Part shown: positions 61,301 through 64,000 of the stretch, one piece after another | Position numbering within the stretch: the stretch's first letter is position 1 | How the letters are laid out: every line of letters starts with the position of its first letter | NCBI GenBank assembly: GCA_004764695.1 | Contig: SMSO01000014.1 | Coordinates: 801,648-865,647, forward strand | DNA length: 64,000 nucleotides | Reading direction: 5' to 3' | From: Schizochytrium sp. TIO01 | Taxonomy: Eukaryota > Protista > Bigyra: Labyrinthulomycetes | Notes under the pieces: model-generated | Told to the model about the DNA's origin: nothing | Databases searched by the model: none | The model's input: only the letters and a program-made list of their open reading frames with translations | Program-made: the position numbers and the translations under genes

Positions 61301-62697
61301 ATTGATTGTTAGTTAGTGTCCAGGTCTGTTCTCTTCTCTCCTTCTTCGCCTGTTTCCTCAAGTTGAACTTGAATTTCTCTCAAGATTTCCTCAGAGGCGT
61401 TCTTTATTGCTTCTGTTGATCTATTCTCTTTTCTATTTTTTTTTGTAAAATAAATTGTATATACATTTATTTTAATTATTTTATTTAAAAAAAAAAAAAT
61501 CAAAGTTATTATTGTTGTCTTTTTGGTTGTTTTTATGGAAAACCAGCGGTGGCCAGAGACTCAGCCGCGGCGTCCTTATTAGCTAGCTGGCTTGGGATTT
61601 CTGCCAGTTGGGCGTGAAGAAACGAGAAACGAGCTGCCGGTTGGGTGAAGTCAAAACTGATTGCGAATCATAATTGTCATGACAAAAAGGTTGCGAGGGA
61701 GACATATCCAGGGGAAAGAGCCATGCAAGTTTGGCATTACCTGGGTGGAATTGATTGCGAAATTGGAACAGCCAGCAGAGCTGCTACTTTTTGTAGGAAT
61801 ATGAGCGAGCCACCTATATGGTTTACTTTCGAGGGAACTGCATGTATGCATGTGTGTATGACCGTATGTATGTATGTACACCTAGGGAAAATTAAATGAC
61901 TCTAGTTTTGAAATCCGATACTTGCAAGGAACACATTTGATTTCATTCATGCAAAAAGGCACTCACTGTTTAAATTGTGATTTTTCCTCAGGGTAATGTT
62001 TCTCTACATCTGATTTCGCATACGTTATTTATTTTAAAGTTTAGTTTTAGAAAATACTGCCTTCTTCTTGTACTACAATTTTTTTATAAATTGAAATCTG
62101 ATTTGATTTTTTAATTTTTTTTGTACAATGTTTTTTTAATGATGTTTTTAAATTAATATATATATATTACAACTAAGAACCAAGAATTAATTTCATAGAT
62201 AGTGAAGGCGGCAGTACTTGTGGTGTCAACCGATGACTCTCTGGCACATAGCCCAGGGAGCGAGGAATTGAGTCACGTTAATCCCTTGCTCGGTCTTTGG
62301 CTACCTACTAACTGCTTTTTAAAAGTTCTGCGCTCCATGCCGACGAGTATGTAGGGACTGGATTTTAGAGAAATCATAAATTAATTCCTTGAAAAACTGT
62401 TGATTGAAAACAATTTTCTTTCTTTTTCTTCTTACAGCATCCAATTTCCAACTTGAACTTGGAGGGGGGCCGCCACCTGCTTGTTGCTTACCTGTAAGAG
62501 TATTCGCTACACCAGCTGACTTTTCGCCACCAAGGCGGAGCAAGCCGAGGCAAAGCAGCAAAAAACTACAGACCAGAGCAGCTCGGTGCGTCTTTCGTGT
62601 GTGCCGCGTGAAGAGCTGGCTGCTGTCTTGAACTTCACTCAGTTCTACACCGCAAGCAGCCCAGCCGAGCTTACATACAAGCCTTTCTTTTTCTTTT

Positions 62698-62730
62698 TCT
62701 TCTTCTTCTTCTTCTTCTTCTTCTTCTTCT
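62698..62730. repeat. (TTC)n microsatellite
   Basis: Directly visible. Confidence 0.9.
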
Positions 62731-64000
62731 TTTTGATTCACTGATTAACTTACCCGAGAGCCGGGCAAAACACATCTCTTGGAAAGAAGGTCGTTCGAAC
62801 ATGTTAGGTACGTAGTGTTTTTCCAGTGAGGCGCTGAGAAGAAAAAGCCTGAGATTCTGAGATCAGCAACGATGGCGAAGGTGTATTAAATATTCCATTC
62901 GTTCTCTCGCTGCACTGCCACGGGCAGCCAGCCAACAAAAGCTTGCGTATGCATCGAATTTAATATGATGTTATATTATTTGCAGTGGGCGCTAGCTTCG
63001 AGACAGCAGCTGCCAATTGCTTGCTTGCTTGCTTGCTTGCTTGCATGCATGCATGCAGCCGCCCTCCTTGCAATTCGCAATTAGTTTAGTAGCTATCTAG
63101 CAAGACATCAGCCCGAGAGCGGGAAGGGAGTCTGAATGTGGCATTAGTTTGGATGTAGTTGATTAATCTGACGTCAGATCGCTTCTTCCGCGTATGTCAA
63201 AGCGGTGATCGAAAAGGAATGGGGAAGCTTTTTTCCTTCACTTGTTTGCTGATTTGAGACACCATCGGTATCCGTGAATTAGATGGAATGAGGTGCTCGC
63301 CAAGAAATCAGTAGTGGTAATCAACCAATCAACCAACCCCCTTATTCGTTCAGATGTTGTGCTAGAGGATGGACTCTTGATTGCAAAATCAAGATCACCC
63401 CACCTCAATCAACGCCGGCCACCCAAGGTGTTTGCTTGTTCGAAGAAACGCAAACTCCGTTTAGTTTTGACTTGGCCACATGAGTCAAGCTGCTTTGGCC
63501 TCTTCTTCTTGCCACCATCCGAACACAACCGTAGGTACCTCACCTACCCACAACTCTTCAAATATTACATTCCAGTATTTGTTTACCTTTTTTAGTAACT
63601 CATTATTATACGCTGTTATAATTAAATTATATTTTATATAACTAAAGAACCTGGGCTTTCGATAAAAACCATTGAAGCGACACTTCTTGGATTTGCTAAG
63701 TGAGTATGTTTGTTTTGCATGTTAGCATTAAAATTTACTCATACGAGTGCAAAATAAAGTCATCTCATCTCCACAATAGAGAGCAACCATGTTTAAGAAA
63801 GAAAACTTTGGGGTGACACAACTTTTTATAAATTGAAAATATATAAAACAAAACAACTCTAAAACTTCAAAGTTGTTATATTAATTTGTTGATTTTGATA
63901 CTAAGTAGAGCTCTAGAGTTAGCGAAAAGCAACTCTAATGGTTAAGCCCGTGCCCTTGAACTTCGCGAAATTGAAAGAGAACAAGGGCTTTCTTTCATCA

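Overview
Eukaryotic, intron-poor, microsatellite-rich genomic DNA; the gene content and style suggest a heterotrophic stramenopile, probably a thraustochytrid (inference, not proven). The first ~11.6 kb holds a same-strand cluster of five small single-pass membrane protein genes. They share an LRG and/or R-x-L motif ahead of the TM helix, and three match the PEXEL consensus RxLxD. Two of them sit in a ~2.3-2.4 kb near-identical tandem duplication where divergence is concentrated in the ectodomain/TM-coding segment. The rest is ordinary gene-sparse chromosome: a frameshifted coiled-coil/LRR gene, a DHHC palmitoyltransferase, an Enhancer-of-polycomb-like protein, a BAR-like/WW protein, an intron-containing H2B variant, a FYVE-like formin with five CCDC53-like repeats, an S6K-like kinase with a PAM2-like tail, a type II PI4-kinase split over two frames, a secreted two-domain protein and a carnitine acyltransferase. 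About 11 kb at the end has no credible CDS. I recognised no tRNA, rRNA, CRISPR array or autonomous transposon. All alignments and folds were done by eye.
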